Origin: Endomicrobiales bacterium
Lineage (GTDB): Bacteria > Elusimicrobiota > Endomicrobiia > Endomicrobiales > JALOBY01
DNA length: 62,404 nucleotides
NCBI GenBank assembly: GCA_963796955.1
Contig: CAWCNJ010000010.1
Location: 1 to 62,404, forward strand
Direction of reading: 5' to 3'
Part shown: piece by piece, positions 61,141 through 62,404 of the stretch
How positions within the stretch are numbered: the stretch's first letter is position 1
Layout: every line of letters begins with the position of its first letter
Notes under the pieces: generated by a model
What the model was told of the DNA's origin: nothing
What the model saw: the letters and a program-made list of their open reading frames with translations, nothing else
The model's database searches: none
Translations under genes and position numbers: made by a program

Positions 61141-62404
61141 GGTAGAGCTTCCGGGAAGGCGCTGGCCGGATAACAGCATAACCAGAGCGCCCGTCTGGTG
61201 CAGTGTGGACTTGCGCGACGGCAACCAGGCCTTGAGTTGTCCGATGACCGTTGAAAAGAAATTAAAATATTTTAAGCTGTTGGTTGACATCGGATTTAAG
61301 CACATTGAAGCCGGCTTTCCTGCCTCGTGTGAAACCGAATACCGGTTCATACGTGAACTTATCGAAGGCGGTCATATCCCGCCTGATGTGACCATCCAGG
61401 TGCTTACCCCCGGTCGCAGGGAACTGATAGAACGCACGTTCCAGGCTCTGAAAGGCGCAAACGCGGCGATCGTGAATCTGTATTACCCGACCTCCAGGGT
61501 GCAGCGCGAACTGGTGCTGCGCAAAAGTGAGCGCGGGATACTCGATTCGATAAAAGAAAATGTGGGAAGAATTAAAGAACTGGCGAATGAGGTAAAGGGT
61601 TCAGGTATTCGACTTGAATTCTGTCCTGAGAATTTCATGGGAACGGAGGCGGATTTCGCCCTTCAAGCCTGCCGGACGGCCCTTGAGGCATGGGCGCCAC
61701 CCTTAGATAATAAAATGATACTGAACCTGCCCGCGACTGTTGAGGTCTCTACTCCTAACGTCTTTGCCGACCGGGTAGAATTGATGTGCAGGTCCCTGCC
61801 CCGCAACGAACTGATAGTAAGCATTCACCCTCATAACGACCGCGGGACGGCTGTGGCGGCCGGCGAATTGGCATTGCTTGCCGGGGCCGAGCGTGTTGAA
61901 GGCACCTTGTTTGGAAACGGCGAGCGTGCCGGTAACCTTGATATCATTACCATGGCGCTGAACCTTTTCAGCCAGGGTATAGAGCCGGAACTTGAACTTA
62001 CCGATATAAAAGGAATAGTTGCTATATATGAAGAATGCACCGGCCTTACCGTGCCTGCCCGCCATCCATATGCCGGTAAAAGTGTTTATACGACGTTTTC
62101 CGGTTCGCATCAGGATGCGATACGCAAGGTCCTGAAAGAGCGGTCTGTATCCCTTCCCGTGTCGTGGAATGTGCCGTATGTACCTGTCGATCCGCAGGAT
62201 ATAGGGTGCTCAGAGCAATTGGTCATGCTCAATAGCCAATCCGGGAAAAGCGGCGTGGCCTACTTTTTTGAACATGAGCTCGGTATCAGTGTTACAGCCG
62301 AACTGCTTCCCGCCCTGACCTTAGCCTCGAAAGCGATGTCGGAGCGCCTGGCCAGGCAGCTTACCCGGGGTGAGCTGCTGGAACTCTACACCGCATTGAC
62401 ATTA
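61109..62404 (+). CDS. 2-isopropylmalate-synthase-like Claisen condensation enzyme (yeast/mycobacterial LeuA type), 3'-truncated; absent from the ORF track
   Basis: Hand translation open to window end: RWPD..APVWCSVDLRDGNQAL, NLPATVE, SIHPHNDRG, GNGERAGN, FSGSHQDAI, NSQSGKSG. Confidence 0.9.
   Translation, partial: MKTSKYAAYPKVELPGRRWPDNSITRAPVWCSVDLRDGNQALSCPMTVEKKLKYFKLLVDIGFKHIEAGFPASCETEYRFIRELIEGGHIPPDVTIQVLTPGRRELIERTFQALKGANAAIVNLYYPTSRVQRELVLRKSERGILDSIKENVGRIKELANEVKGSGIRLEFCPENFMGTEADFALQACRTALEAWAPPLDNKMILNLPATVEVSTPNVFADRVELMCRSLPRNELIVSIHPHNDRGTAVAAGELALLAGAERVEGTLFGNGERAGNLDIITMALNLFSQGIEPELELTDIKGIVAIYEECTGLTVPARHPYAGKSVYTTFSGSHQDAIRKVLKERSVSLPVSWNVPYVPVDPQDIGCSEQLVMLNSQSGKSGVAYFFEHELGISVTAELLPALTLASKAMSERLARQLTRGELLELYTALTL

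Overview
A 62.4 kb stretch, almost all on the + strand, from a diderm, probably anaerobic bacterium (host not identifiable from sequence alone). 1-10.8 kb holds housekeeping and envelope genes: ABC-F, FKBP PPIase, PilZ, receiver proteins, PTS enzyme I, radC, LysM-M23, a nuclease, a FadL-like barrel and DUF1646. 10.8-20.6 kb is an integrase-less accessory island bounded by 59-bp direct repeats of the dnaE promoter and start codon. It carries an AAA ATPase, YhcG, an orphan AbiEi, an (AGCA)17 leader-peptide/terminator switch in front of a CheB-CheR gene and histidine kinase, and an MNT-HEPN remnant. 20.6-35 kb has dnaE, a short pyk, rnr, ppnP, two more kinases, SRPBCC and DUF1579. 35-62.4 kb is a nitrogen-acquisition and Mo-nitrogenase region: an ANTAR-type attenuated porin-amtB-glnK-nifA-rpoN* operon; a second porin-APC::PII-PII-APC-nifA operon; porin-modA; and nifH-I1-I2-D-K-fdx-GNAT-E-N-B-modBC-leuA-like. 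Two strongest leads: (1) a short, divergent sigma54 with an altered RpoN box (SQRTVAKYR), plus three matching non-canonical -24/-12 promoters lacking the usual GG, each with paired CTAC-N6-GTAG-type upstream sites, suggesting an orthogonal sigma54 circuit for nitrogen fixation; (2) a tetranucleotide-repeat leader ORF that reads through an intrinsic terminator and couples to the next gene in only one of three repeat phases. All calls are by eye from motifs; no searches were run.
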